Of a stretch of DNA of 64,000 nt, positions 55,483-64,000 are shown in pieces. Numbering within the stretch: position 1 is the first letter of the stretch; each line of letters begins with the position of its first letter. Both the position numbers and the translations under genes were made by a program. Source of the stretch: Eubacteriales bacterium (GTDB lineage: Bacteria; Bacillota; Clostridia; Oscillospirales; CAG-272); contig JAZOSN010000032.1 of the NCBI GenBank assembly GCA_045657105.1, positions 12,477 through 76,476 of the forward strand. The letters run 5' to 3'. Below the pieces are notes generated by a model that saw only the letters and a list, made by a program, of their open reading frames with translations, was not told where the DNA came from and did not search any database.

Positions 55483-57180
55483 ATGCTCTCGTCTATGCAT
55501 ATAGAAAATATAGCGGTAATAAAAAGTCTGGACGTTGATTTCCCAAAAGGATTTTCTGCACTCACGGGTGAAACCGGAGCAGGTAAATCAATACTTATAG
55601 ATTCGCTCAGTATGCTTCTGGGAGCAAAGACCGAGCGTGAGCTTGTCAGAGCGGGCGAGGAGATTGCCTCTGTTTCGGCTATTTTTTCGGATATTTCGAA
55701 AAGCACCGCCGAAAAGCTTGCACTTATCGGGATCGAGCCTGACGAGGAAGGCTCTGTCTTTCTTCAAAGAAGCGTGACCTCGGACGGAAAATCCAAGGCA
55801 AAGATAAACGGTTGCACCTATCCGCTTTCTCTGCTTCGTGAGGTAGGAGCCCTGCTTGTAAATATTCACGGACAGCTGGATAACAGGGATATTTTCGACG
55901 AAAAGACATATATTCCGCTCGTTGACTCATATGCAGATCTGACTTCGCTTTGTGAAAAATACCGCGAGCAGTACAGAAAAATGACCTCTGCGCTCTCTGA
56001 GATCGAACGCCTTTCGAGCGATGAGCGTGAGAAGGAGCGCAGGATAGAACTGCTCACCTATCAGATAAACGATATTGAGGCGGCGGATCTCAAAGAGGGT
56101 GAGGAGCAGGGGCTTGATAACGAAAAGCGAATGCTTAAAAACTTCCGCCAGATAGCAAAGCAGGTAAGCACGGTCTACCGCGCACTTTATAAAAACGACA
56201 AGGGAATGTCGGCTTCAAGGCTTGTGGATATTGCACGCGATAATTTGGAAACAATGACCGAGTTCGTACCCGAAGCCGCAGAATATGCCGAGCGTCTTTA
56301 CGAGATAGGCTTCGAGATGGAGCATATAGCCGAAAGCGTGATGTCTGCGCTTGGGAGCGAGCATAGCGATCCCGAAAGACGCCTTGACGAGATAGAAACA
56401 AGACTTGATACTATACACAAGTTAAAGCGTAAATACGGAAGCACGGTAGAGCAGGTGATAGAGTATCTCGAAAAAGCGAGAGCTGAGCTTGACGATATAC
56501 TGCTTTCCGACGATAAAATAAAAGAGCTCGAAAAAGAGGTCGCGATCTGCCGCGAAAAGGCACTCGCGCTTGCAAAGGAGCTTTCGGGAAAGAGAAGAAA
56601 TGCGGCAGAGGTGCTTTCTGAAAAAATAAGCTCTGAAATACGCTTTCTCGATATGGAAAAGGTTAAATTCTCGGTCGAGATATCGACTCTTTACGACGAA
56701 AAACGAGATGTTCTTTTCACAAAGGACGGTATCGACAAAGTAGAATTTCTCGTATCGACCAACCCGGGTGAGCCGCCGAAGCCTCTTTCGAAGATCGCCT
56801 CGGGCGGTGAAGCGGCGAGAATACTTCTTGCCATAAAATGCGTGCTCACGAGCGCGGATAATATAGAAACGCTCATCTTTGACGAGATAGATACGGGAGT
56901 GTCGGGTAAGACCTCTCAGAAGATAGGGCTTAAACTCAGGGAGCTCTCAAAGAACTTGCAGATACTTTGCATAACCCATTCGGCGCAGGTCGCGGCAACC
57001 GCTATGCACCACTTCAAGATAAAGAAAAATATTCTTGACGGACGTGCACAGACAGAGCTTGCTATGCTCGATAAGGCAGGACGCGTCGATGAAATATCGC
57101 GAATTATGGGCGGCGTGAACATTACCGAAAAAATAAGAGAATCCGCGGCAGAAATGCTCGAAAATGCGGAAGATCTTTAA
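55483..57180 (+). CDS. recN: DNA repair protein RecN
   Basis: Walker A LTGETGAGKS, a long coiled coil, signature SGGEAARILLA and Walker B LIFDEIDTGVSG. Confidence 0.92.
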   Translation: MLSSMHIENIAVIKSLDVDFPKGFSALTGETGAGKSILIDSLSMLLGAKTERELVRAGEEIASVSAIFSDISKSTAEKLALIGIEPDEEGSVFLQRSVTSDGKSKAKINGCTYPLSLLREVGALLVNIHGQLDNRDIFDEKTYIPLVDSYADLTSLCEKYREQYRKMTSALSEIERLSSDEREKERRIELLTYQINDIEAADLKEGEEQGLDNEKRMLKNFRQIAKQVSTVYRALYKNDKGMSASRLVDIARDNLETMTEFVPEAAEYAERLYEIGFEMEHIAESVMSALGSEHSDPERRLDEIETRLDTIHKLKRKYGSTVEQVIEYLEKARAELDDILLSDDKIKELEKEVAICREKALALAKELSGKRRNAAEVLSEKISSEIRFLDMEKVKFSVEISTLYDEKRDVLFTKDGIDKVEFLVSTNPGEPPKPLSKIASGGEAARILLAIKCVLTSADNIETLIFDEIDTGVSGKTSQKIGLKLRELSKNLQILCITHSAQVAATAMHHFKIKKNILDGRAQTELAMLDKAGRVDEISRIMGGVNITEKIRESAAEMLENAEDL

Positions 57181-57217
57181 AATAAACAATAATTTCTCAA
57201 AATAAAGGAGTATAAAA

Positions 57218-58447
57218 ATGACACTTTACGAAGAACTCAAAGCGCGCGGTCTTGTAGCGCAGGTAACAGACGAGCAGGAGATCGCGGATCTTATAAATAA
57301 CGGAAAGGCGACCTTCTATATCGGCTTCGATCCTACCGCAGATTCGCTTACAGCAGGACACTTTATGGCTCTTACTCTTATGAAAAGACTTCAAGACGCG
57401 GGCAATAAGCCGATAGCTCTTGTCGGCGGCGGAACCGGTATGATCGGAGATCCGTCCGGCAGAACCGATATGAGAAGAATGATGACCAGGGAGATAGTTG
57501 ATCATAACTGCGAATGCTTCAAAAAGCAGATGAGCCGTTTTATCGATTTTTCCGAGGGCAAGGCGCTTATGGTAAATAACGGCGATTGGCTTCTTGCACT
57601 TAACTACGTTGAATTTCTCCGCGATGTCGGACCTCATTTCAGCGTAAACAAGATGCTTTCGGCAGAGTGCTATAAGCAAAGACTCGAAAAGGGACTTTCC
57701 TTCCTTGAATTTAACTATATGCTTATGCAGAGCTACGACTTCTACGAGCTCTTCAATAGATACGGCTGTAATCTCCAATGCGGCGGCGACGATCAGTGGT
57801 CGAATATGCTCGGAGGAACCGAGCTTATCCGCCGTAAGCTCGGAAAAGACGCGTACGCGCTTACCATCACGCTTCTTTGTGACTCCAACGGAAACAAGAT
57901 GGGTAAGACCGCAGGAAACGCGGTATGGCTTGATCCCGAAAAGACCTCGCCCTACGATTTCTTCCAGTATTGGAGAAACGTCGGAGATGCGGACGTCATA
58001 AAATGTATCAAGATGCTTACCTTCCTGCCGCTTGATCAGATTGCCGAGATGGAGGCTTGGGAGGGCTCTGCGCTCAACCGCGCAAAGGAAATTCTTGCGT
58101 ATGAGCTTACAAAGCTCGTTCACGGCGAGCAGGAGGCAGAGAAGGCACTCGGCGCGGCAAGATCGCTCTTCGGTGCAGGAAACGCATCGGCAGATATGCC
58201 TACGACCGAGCTTACCGCAGAGGATTTCACCGACGGCAGAATAAGTGTTATCGGTATGATGCTTAAAGCTAAGCTCGCCTCCTCGGGAAGAGATGCAAGA
58301 ACTCTTATCGGTCAGGGCGGTATCGCGCTCTGCGATGAAAAGGTTACCGATATGACTACCTCGCTTGCTATCGAGGATTTCGACGGCAAGGATATAGTTA
58401 TAAAGAAGGGTAAGAAGGTACACCACAAGTTCGTCGTCAAGAAATAA
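57218..58447 (+). CDS. tyrS: tyrosine--tRNA ligase
   Basis: Class I HIGH-type motif (TADSLTAGH), KMGKT (KMSKS-type) motif and a C-terminal S4-like domain. Confidence 0.93.
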   Translation: MTLYEELKARGLVAQVTDEQEIADLINNGKATFYIGFDPTADSLTAGHFMALTLMKRLQDAGNKPIALVGGGTGMIGDPSGRTDMRRMMTREIVDHNCECFKKQMSRFIDFSEGKALMVNNGDWLLALNYVEFLRDVGPHFSVNKMLSAECYKQRLEKGLSFLEFNYMLMQSYDFYELFNRYGCNLQCGGDDQWSNMLGGTELIRRKLGKDAYALTITLLCDSNGNKMGKTAGNAVWLDPEKTSPYDFFQYWRNVGDADVIKCIKMLTFLPLDQIAEMEAWEGSALNRAKEILAYELTKLVHGEQEAEKALGAARSLFGAGNASADMPTTELTAEDFTDGRISVIGMMLKAKLASSGRDARTLIGQGGIALCDEKVTDMTTSLAIEDFDGKDIVIKKGKKVHHKFVVKK

Positions 58448-58476
58448 TCAAATTTACTCAAAAGGCGGTAAAACCG

Positions 58477-59403
58477 ATGAATTTAACTCCAAAGGAAAGA
58501 TTTGCAGAGAAAATGCGCTACCTGTCGGGTGATGGTATGCTCACCTTTGCCGAAAATGCAGAGCTCGCGCCCCTTTCCACCTTCAAGATAGGCGGAAAAG
58601 CGGATTTTATCGTCAAAGCATATACAAGAGAGTGCCTTGTGAGCGCCGTCAGGGCGGCAAGAGAATGCAAGATCAAATATACCGTCGTGGGAAACGGAAG
58701 CAATATTCTGTTTCCCGACGTACGCTACGAGGGTGTGGTAATTCTCACTACCGGAATGACAACTGTCAGCGTTGAAGGAAACAAAATATACGCCGACTGC
58801 GGATATTCCTTTACCTCGCTCGCCTTGCAGGCACAGAAAAAAGAACTCAGCGGACTTGAATTTGCTTACGGAATTCCGGGAAGCGTCGGCGGCGCGGTCT
58901 TTATGAACGCGGGCGCGTACGACGGAGAAATAAAAAACGTCGTTACAAAGACATTCTGGTACGACAGTATAAACGACTGCTTCGGAGAATTTTCTCTCGA
59001 GGAAAACTGCTTCGGGTACAGAGAAAGCATCTATCAGAAAAAGGACGGATATATCATACTCGGTGCAGAGTTTGAGCTTGCCTCGGCAGACGGTAGTGCG
59101 GTGCTTGAAAAAATGCAGGGCTTTATGCGCGCAAGGCAGGAAAAGCAACCGCTCGAATATCCGAGCGCAGGAAGCACGTTCAAGCGCGCTCCCGGATATT
59201 TTACCGCAAAGCTTATAGACGAGGCCGGAATGAAGGGATACTCGGTAGGAGGAGCTCAGGTTTCCGAAAAGCACGCCGGATTCGTTATAAACCGCGATAA
59301 CGCTACCGCACAGGACGTCAAAAGACTCGTTTCGGATATACAGAAGGCGGTCTACGAAAACAGCGGCGTAAGGATCGAATGTGAAATCAGAATAATAGAA
59401 TAA
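58477..59403 (+). CDS. murB: UDP-N-acetylmuramate dehydrogenase
   Basis: FAD-binding region (TFKIGGKADF...GNGSNILF) and C-terminal SAGSTFKRAPG...GGAQVSEKHAGFVIN. Confidence 0.92.
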   Translation: MNLTPKERFAEKMRYLSGDGMLTFAENAELAPLSTFKIGGKADFIVKAYTRECLVSAVRAARECKIKYTVVGNGSNILFPDVRYEGVVILTTGMTTVSVEGNKIYADCGYSFTSLALQAQKKELSGLEFAYGIPGSVGGAVFMNAGAYDGEIKNVVTKTFWYDSINDCFGEFSLEENCFGYRESIYQKKDGYIILGAEFELASADGSAVLEKMQGFMRARQEKQPLEYPSAGSTFKRAPGYFTAKLIDEAGMKGYSVGGAQVSEKHAGFVINRDNATAQDVKRLVSDIQKAVYENSGVRIECEIRIIE

Positions 59404-59415
59404 ACGGAAAATATC

Positions 59416-60294
59416 ATGCAAATTATCATACTTACGGGAATGTCGGGCGCGGGTAAATCAAGCGCAGGACAGGCACTTGAAGATTTTGGATACTATAAGG
59501 TGGATAATATGCCGGTATCCATGCTTCGCGAGTTTGCCGAGCTTTGTCATAACTCCGAGCTTCGACACAAGGATATAGTATATACCGTGGATATTCGTGC
59601 GGAAAGAGAATTTTCGACACTGCTCGATACGGTTGAAAAAATAAAGAAAGAATTTGACTGCAAATTCAGAATAATATTTATGGACGCTTCCGACGAGGCG
59701 ATAATCGCCAGATATAAGGAAAGCCGCCATATCCACCCTTACGTCGTTTCTGAGGGAATTCCGCTTGCTGAGGCTCTCGTGCGCGAGCGCGGAGTGCTTT
59801 CTGTGCTCAGAGAGGCGGCAAACGACGTTATAGATACGACGAGTCTTAGAAGCGCACAGATGCGAGATATGCTTTCGGATATACTCGATAAAGAGAAGCC
59901 GGGCAGGTTTACGCTTACCTGTATGACCTTCGGCTTCAAATACGGCGCGCCGACAGATGCCGATCTCGTTTTTGACGTCAGATGCTTTGCAAATCCGCAT
60001 TACGATCCGAATCTCAGACCGCTTACCGGACTTGATAAGGTCATAAGAGATTTTGTCTTCGATGACCGAAACGCCGTCAAGTTTCTCGATAAGCTCGACG
60101 ATATGCTTTCGTTTATGATACCTCTCTATATTGAAGAGGGCAAGGCTCATCTTACGGTAGCTATCGGTTGTACCGGCGGACGGCATCGCTCGGTGGCTAT
60201 TGCATACGAGATCTGCGACAGAATTGAAAAGAAAATTAATGATATAAGAACGGTGCTCTGTCACCGCGATATTGACAAATACAAAAGCACGTAA
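59416..60294 (+). CDS. rapZ: RNase adapter / nucleotide-binding protein RapZ (YvcJ)
   Basis: Walker A LTGMSGAGKS and C-terminal IGCTGGRHRSVA motif. Confidence 0.9.
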   Translation: MQIIILTGMSGAGKSSAGQALEDFGYYKVDNMPVSMLREFAELCHNSELRHKDIVYTVDIRAEREFSTLLDTVEKIKKEFDCKFRIIFMDASDEAIIARYKESRHIHPYVVSEGIPLAEALVRERGVLSVLREAANDVIDTTSLRSAQMRDMLSDILDKEKPGRFTLTCMTFGFKYGAPTDADLVFDVRCFANPHYDPNLRPLTGLDKVIRDFVFDDRNAVKFLDKLDDMLSFMIPLYIEEGKAHLTVAIGCTGGRHRSVAIAYEICDRIEKKINDIRTVLCHRDIDKYKST

Positions 60295-60326
60295 ATATCT
60301 AAAAAACACGAAAGGAATGGGTAAAA

Positions 60327-61226
60327 ATGTCCTTTTCTTCCGAAATAAAAACAAACGTAAGCGCGGTAAATGTAAAAGCGCCCTGTTGCAGGGCCTCGGT
60401 TCTTTACGGAATACTTTTTTCTCAGAACGACTTTACGGGAGCGCCGCTTAGCTTCACGACCGATAACGAGGGCGTAGCAAATCTTTTTACCGCCATGATG
60501 CGCTCGACCTTCGGCACGAAGGTTACCTTTACGGTAGCAGAGCGTCTTTCGAGATCGAGAGAAGCGCAGAGCGTCTATCGTCTTGATTATCCCGGACTTG
60601 ATATTATGAATAATATAAACGAAAAATTTTCAAGCCGTGAAATAATCAAGGAAGACCTGTTTTTCTGTCAGAACTGCGCGAGCGCTTTTTTGAGAGGACT
60701 TTTCCTCTCCTGCGGATCTGTTACCGATCCGAACAGTGGATACCATCTTGAATTCTCTGTGTCGAACGATAAAAAATGCTTCGCACTTATGGAGTATTTT
60801 AATGCAAACGGATTTCCCGCAAGACGAACGGTCAGACGTGGCGTATCCTCGCTTTATATGAAGGAGAGCGAGAGCATCGAGGATTTTATGACCTTTATAG
60901 GCGCGGCTCAGGCATCACTTTCAATTATGAATGCGAAAATAGTGCGCGATATACGAAATAACGTCAACAGACGAATGAACTGCGATTCAGCAAACCTCTT
61001 TAAGACTACGGGAGCCGCTACGGCGCAGTCACACGCGATAAAGCATCTTATGGAAACGGGAAGATTTGATTTTCTCCCCGATCAGCTTAAAGAAACCGCA
61101 AGACTCAGACTCGAAAATCCGCAGGCATCGCTTGGAGAGCTTGCAGAGCTTCACAGTGAAAGTATAAGCAAGTCGGGTGTTAGCCACAGACTTGCCAAAA
61201 TAGTGGATTTCGATACCAATAACTGA
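60327..61226 (+). CDS. whiA: DNA-binding sporulation/division regulator WhiA
   Basis: MSFSSEIK N-terminus, LAGLIDADG-like middle (FLRGLFLSCGSV) and C-terminal HTH (LGELAELHSESISKSGVSHRL). Confidence 0.9.
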   Translation: MSFSSEIKTNVSAVNVKAPCCRASVLYGILFSQNDFTGAPLSFTTDNEGVANLFTAMMRSTFGTKVTFTVAERLSRSREAQSVYRLDYPGLDIMNNINEKFSSREIIKEDLFFCQNCASAFLRGLFLSCGSVTDPNSGYHLEFSVSNDKKCFALMEYFNANGFPARRTVRRGVSSLYMKESESIEDFMTFIGAAQASLSIMNAKIVRDIRNNVNRRMNCDSANLFKTTGAATAQSHAIKHLMETGRFDFLPDQLKETARLRLENPQASLGELAELHSESISKSGVSHRLAKIVDFDTNN

Positions 61227-61254
61227 AAAAAATAAAGGAAAGGAGCAATACGGT

Positions 61255-64000
61255 ATGAGAGATTTCGTTCATCTTCATTTGCATAGTGAATATAGCCTGC
61301 TTGACGGCGCCTGCCGTATTGCTGATATTCCCAAAAGAGCAAAGGAGCTCGGGCAGAGCGCAGTTGCAATCACCGATCACGGCGTAATGTACGGAGTCGT
61401 TGATTTTTATAAGGCTTGTAAAAGCGAGGGAATAAAGCCGATAATCGGTTGCGAGGTCTATCTTGCCGAAGGTAGTCGCTTTGATAAAAAGCATACAGGA
61501 AGATATTTCAACACGCACCTCGTACTGCTCGTCAAAAACGAGATCGGATATAAAAATCTTTCCTACCTCGTTTCTTCGGCGTTTACCGAAGGATTTTACG
61601 TAAAGCCGAGAATAGATCTTGAAATTCTCAGAGAGCATTCTGAGGGACTCGTATGTCTTTCGGGTTGCCTTTCGGGATATATGGCAAGGGCTGTCCTTGC
61701 CGACGACGTCGATGCGGCGGAAAATTTCGCAATCAGAATGAAAGCGATCTTCGGCGAGGATTTCTATATCGAGGTGCAGGATCAGGGGCTCGCAGACCAA
61801 AAGAAGGTAAGTGCAGAGCTCTTTAAGCTGTCAAAGAAAAACGGCATCGGACTCGTTGCAACAAATGACGCTCACTATATTTCAAGGCAGGACGCTAAGG
61901 TCCAGTCTATACTCGTTTGTGTCCAGACAGGAAATAAGCTCTCGGACGGAAATCCGCTCGGATTTGAAAGTGACGAGTTCTATCTCAAAGATGCTTCAGA
62001 GATGGAAATGCTCTTTGCAGACATACCCGAGGCTCTTGAAAATACGGTGAAAATAGCCGAAAAATGTAACTACGATTTTGAGTTCGGAAAATTGAAGCTT
62101 CCGACCTATACGCCTGAGGACGGATCCTCTCCGCGCGATCTTCTTAAAAGACTTGCCTATGAGGGATACGAGAAGAAAAAAGCCGAGGGTAAGATCGTTT
62201 TTACAGATAAGCATACCGAAGACGACTATAAGGCTCGCATACTTTACGAGCTTCTTATGATAGAAAAGATGGGGTATTCGCAGTATTATCTCATCGTGCG
62301 CGACTTTGTGAATTACGCAAAGGAAAACGGCATACAGACAGGACCCGGGCGTGGATCGGGCGCGGGAAGCCTCGTCGCCTATCTCGTCGGAATAACCGAT
62401 GTTGATTCAATTAAATACGAGCTTCTTTTCGAGAGATTTTTAAATCCCGAAAGAGTAAGTATGCCCGATTTTGATATTGATTTTTGCTATATCCGCCGAG
62501 ATGAGGTAATAAAATACGTTATTTCGCGGTACGGCGAGGATAGGGTATCTCAGATAATAACCTTCGGTACCCTTGCGGCAAGAGCGGCGGTCCGTGATGT
62601 CGGGCGCGTGCTCGGAATGTCGTACGACGAGGTCGATAAGGTTTCGAAGATGATCCCGAGAGATCTCAAAATCACACTTGCCGACGCTCTGAAATCGAGT
62701 AAAGAGCTCGCAGAGGCGTACGCTTCGAGCGTCGAAACGAAAACTCTCATTGATTATGCTTCCAAGATAGAAGGAATGCCGAGGCACGCCTCTACCCACG
62801 CGGCAGGCGTCGTTATAACAAAGGATCCCGTCTGCTCCTATCTGCCGCTTGCGACCAACGGAGATAACGTCGTAACTCAGTTTGATATGGATACGGTGGC
62901 AAATCTCGGACTGCTTAAATTCGATTTTCTTGCGCTTCGTAACCTCACTATAATTGCCGACGCGGAAAACGAGATAAGAAAGACCGAGCCTGATTTCTCG
63001 ATAGAGAAGGTTGGCTTTGACGATCCCGAAACCTACGAGCTTTTCGCTCAGGGAAGGACCGAGGGTGTTTTCCAGTTTGAGTCCTCGGGTATAAAGAGGC
63101 TTCTTGTAAATATGAAGCCGAAAAATATCGAGGATATTATGCTCGCGCTCTCGCTTTACCGCCCCGGCCCTATGGATTCGATACCGCGTTTCCTTGAAAA
63201 CAGAAAAGATCCGTCCAAGGTCACATATAAGACCGAACAGCTTAGAGATATACTCGAAAATACATCGGGTTGTATAATCTATCAGGAGCAGGTCATGCAG
63301 ATCTGCCGAAAGATAGCAAATTACTCCTACGGTAAGGCGGATATGGTGCGCCGCGCTATGTCCAAGAAGAAGACCGAGGAGATGGAAAAGGAACGTGCAA
63401 CCTTCGTTTCGGGCGCGATGGATAACTTTATTCCCGAGCAGACCGCAAACGAAATATTTGACGAGATGGCAAGCTTTGCAAGGTATGCCTTCAATAAGTC
63501 GCATGCGGCGGCGTACTCGATAACCTCGTACAGAACGGCGTATCTCAAAGCGCACTACGGCGCACAGTATTATGCCGCACTGCTTACCTCGGTTATGGGA
63601 AATACTCCGAAAATGTCCGAATATATCGCAGATGCGCGCAAAATGGGACTTTCGGTCCTGCCGCCCGATATTAACGAAAGCGGTGCCGGATTTACTGTTT
63701 GCGAAAGCAAGATAAGATTCGGACTTGCCGCAGTAAAGGGTGTCGGAGAAGCACTTGCAAACGCTATTTCGGCAGAGCGCGCAGGCGGTGATTATAAGTC
63801 CTTTGACGACTTTATCGAAAGAATGACTTGCAGGGAGCTTAACAGACAGTCGCTTCTCGCTCTTATAAGCGTAGGCGCGTTTGATAGCCTCGGTATCGCC
63901 AGAAGCGCTCTCGTTGAATCGCTCGATATAGTTCTCGAAAACGCGTCTGCCGCAAAAAGACGAAATCTCGACGGACAGCTTGATCTCTTTTCCGCACTTT
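61255..64000 (+). CDS. dnaE: DNA polymerase III alpha subunit (DnaE type), 3' end outside the window
   Basis: AAAGGAG RBS; PHP N-terminus FVHLHLHSEYSLLDGA...ITDHGVMYG, palm GRGSGAGSLVAY...PDFDIDF, and FNKSHAAAYS. The frame stays open to the window end (it is not in the ORF track because it has no stop). Confidence 0.9.
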   Translation, partial: MRDFVHLHLHSEYSLLDGACRIADIPKRAKELGQSAVAITDHGVMYGVVDFYKACKSEGIKPIIGCEVYLAEGSRFDKKHTGRYFNTHLVLLVKNEIGYKNLSYLVSSAFTEGFYVKPRIDLEILREHSEGLVCLSGCLSGYMARAVLADDVDAAENFAIRMKAIFGEDFYIEVQDQGLADQKKVSAELFKLSKKNGIGLVATNDAHYISRQDAKVQSILVCVQTGNKLSDGNPLGFESDEFYLKDASEMEMLFADIPEALENTVKIAEKCNYDFEFGKLKLPTYTPEDGSSPRDLLKRLAYEGYEKKKAEGKIVFTDKHTEDDYKARILYELLMIEKMGYSQYYLIVRDFVNYAKENGIQTGPGRGSGAGSLVAYLVGITDVDSIKYELLFERFLNPERVSMPDFDIDFCYIRRDEVIKYVISRYGEDRVSQIITFGTLAARAAVRDVGRVLGMSYDEVDKVSKMIPRDLKITLADALKSSKELAEAYASSVETKTLIDYASKIEGMPRHASTHAAGVVITKDPVCSYLPLATNGDNVVTQFDMDTVANLGLLKFDFLALRNLTIIADAENEIRKTEPDFSIEKVGFDDPETYELFAQGRTEGVFQFESSGIKRLLVNMKPKNIEDIMLALSLYRPGPMDSIPRFLENRKDPSKVTYKTEQLRDILENTSGCIIYQEQVMQICRKIANYSYGKADMVRRAMSKKKTEEMEKERATFVSGAMDNFIPEQTANEIFDEMASFARYAFNKSHAAAYSITSYRTAYLKAHYGAQYYAALLTSVMGNTPKMSEYIADARKMGLSVLPPDINESGAGFTVCESKIRFGLAAVKGVGEALANAISAERAGGDYKSFDDFIERMTCRELNRQSLLALISVGAFDSLGIARSALVESLDIVLENASAAKRRNLDGQLDLFSAL

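Noticed and set aside
57197-58426. A 409-aa ORF exactly antisense to tyrS. Similar long antisense ORFs lie at 5617-6810, 35962-36756, 38603-39658, 40789-42177, 58483-59421, 59458-60354, 61180-61800 and 62440-63555.
   Set aside because: Each lies opposite a gene with clear family motifs, lacks an RBS and translates to low-complexity R/S/C-rich sequence. Their recurrence across the window points to a codon-usage artefact (few sense codons whose complement is a stop) rather than overlapping genes.

Overview
The gene content suggests a spore-forming Firmicute of the Clostridia type: spoIIID, an alpha/beta SASP, a SpoIID-domain protein, and the nusB-xseAB-ispA-tlyA-nadK-argR-recN block. Two housekeeping blocks (1-18.2 kb and 35.3-64 kb) are densely coded, mostly with recognisable genes. 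They include one tRNA-Gln(CUG) with a consensus promoter. I saw no rRNA, no CRISPR array and no transposase. Between the SASP gene and ligA lies a roughly 17-kb accessory island (about 18.3-35.3 kb) that is visibly more A+T-rich and uses different codons. A large serine recombinase sits at its right end. The island carries a WYL-domain regulator with an unusual C-terminal LRR, and three transcription units each preceded by the same 16-nt inverted repeat, always 11 nt upstream of the -10 box. It also carries a nine-gene minus-strand operon of mostly unrecognisable proteins, including a shortened PolC-like (PHP/Zn-finger) protein, a degenerate ABC-ATPase-like protein, a Cys/His/Asp peptidase-like protein, a CPCC zinc-ribbon protein and a cytoplasmic BspA-type LRR protein. 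Two further LRR proteins are present, plus a roughly 1-kb ORF-free segment with a 10-bp phased repeat and an iteron-like array. This regulator-plus-operon module is my best candidate for an undescribed system; its function (defense, immunity or replication-targeting) is inference only. Outside the island, a roughly 230-nt rod-like structured RNA candidate lies between convergent genes at 45.0-45.3 kb. An inverted copy of the tRNA-Gln 3' arm sits beside a GC-rich hairpin block at 3.2-3.5 kb. All family assignments come from motif recognition by eye. No searches were run.
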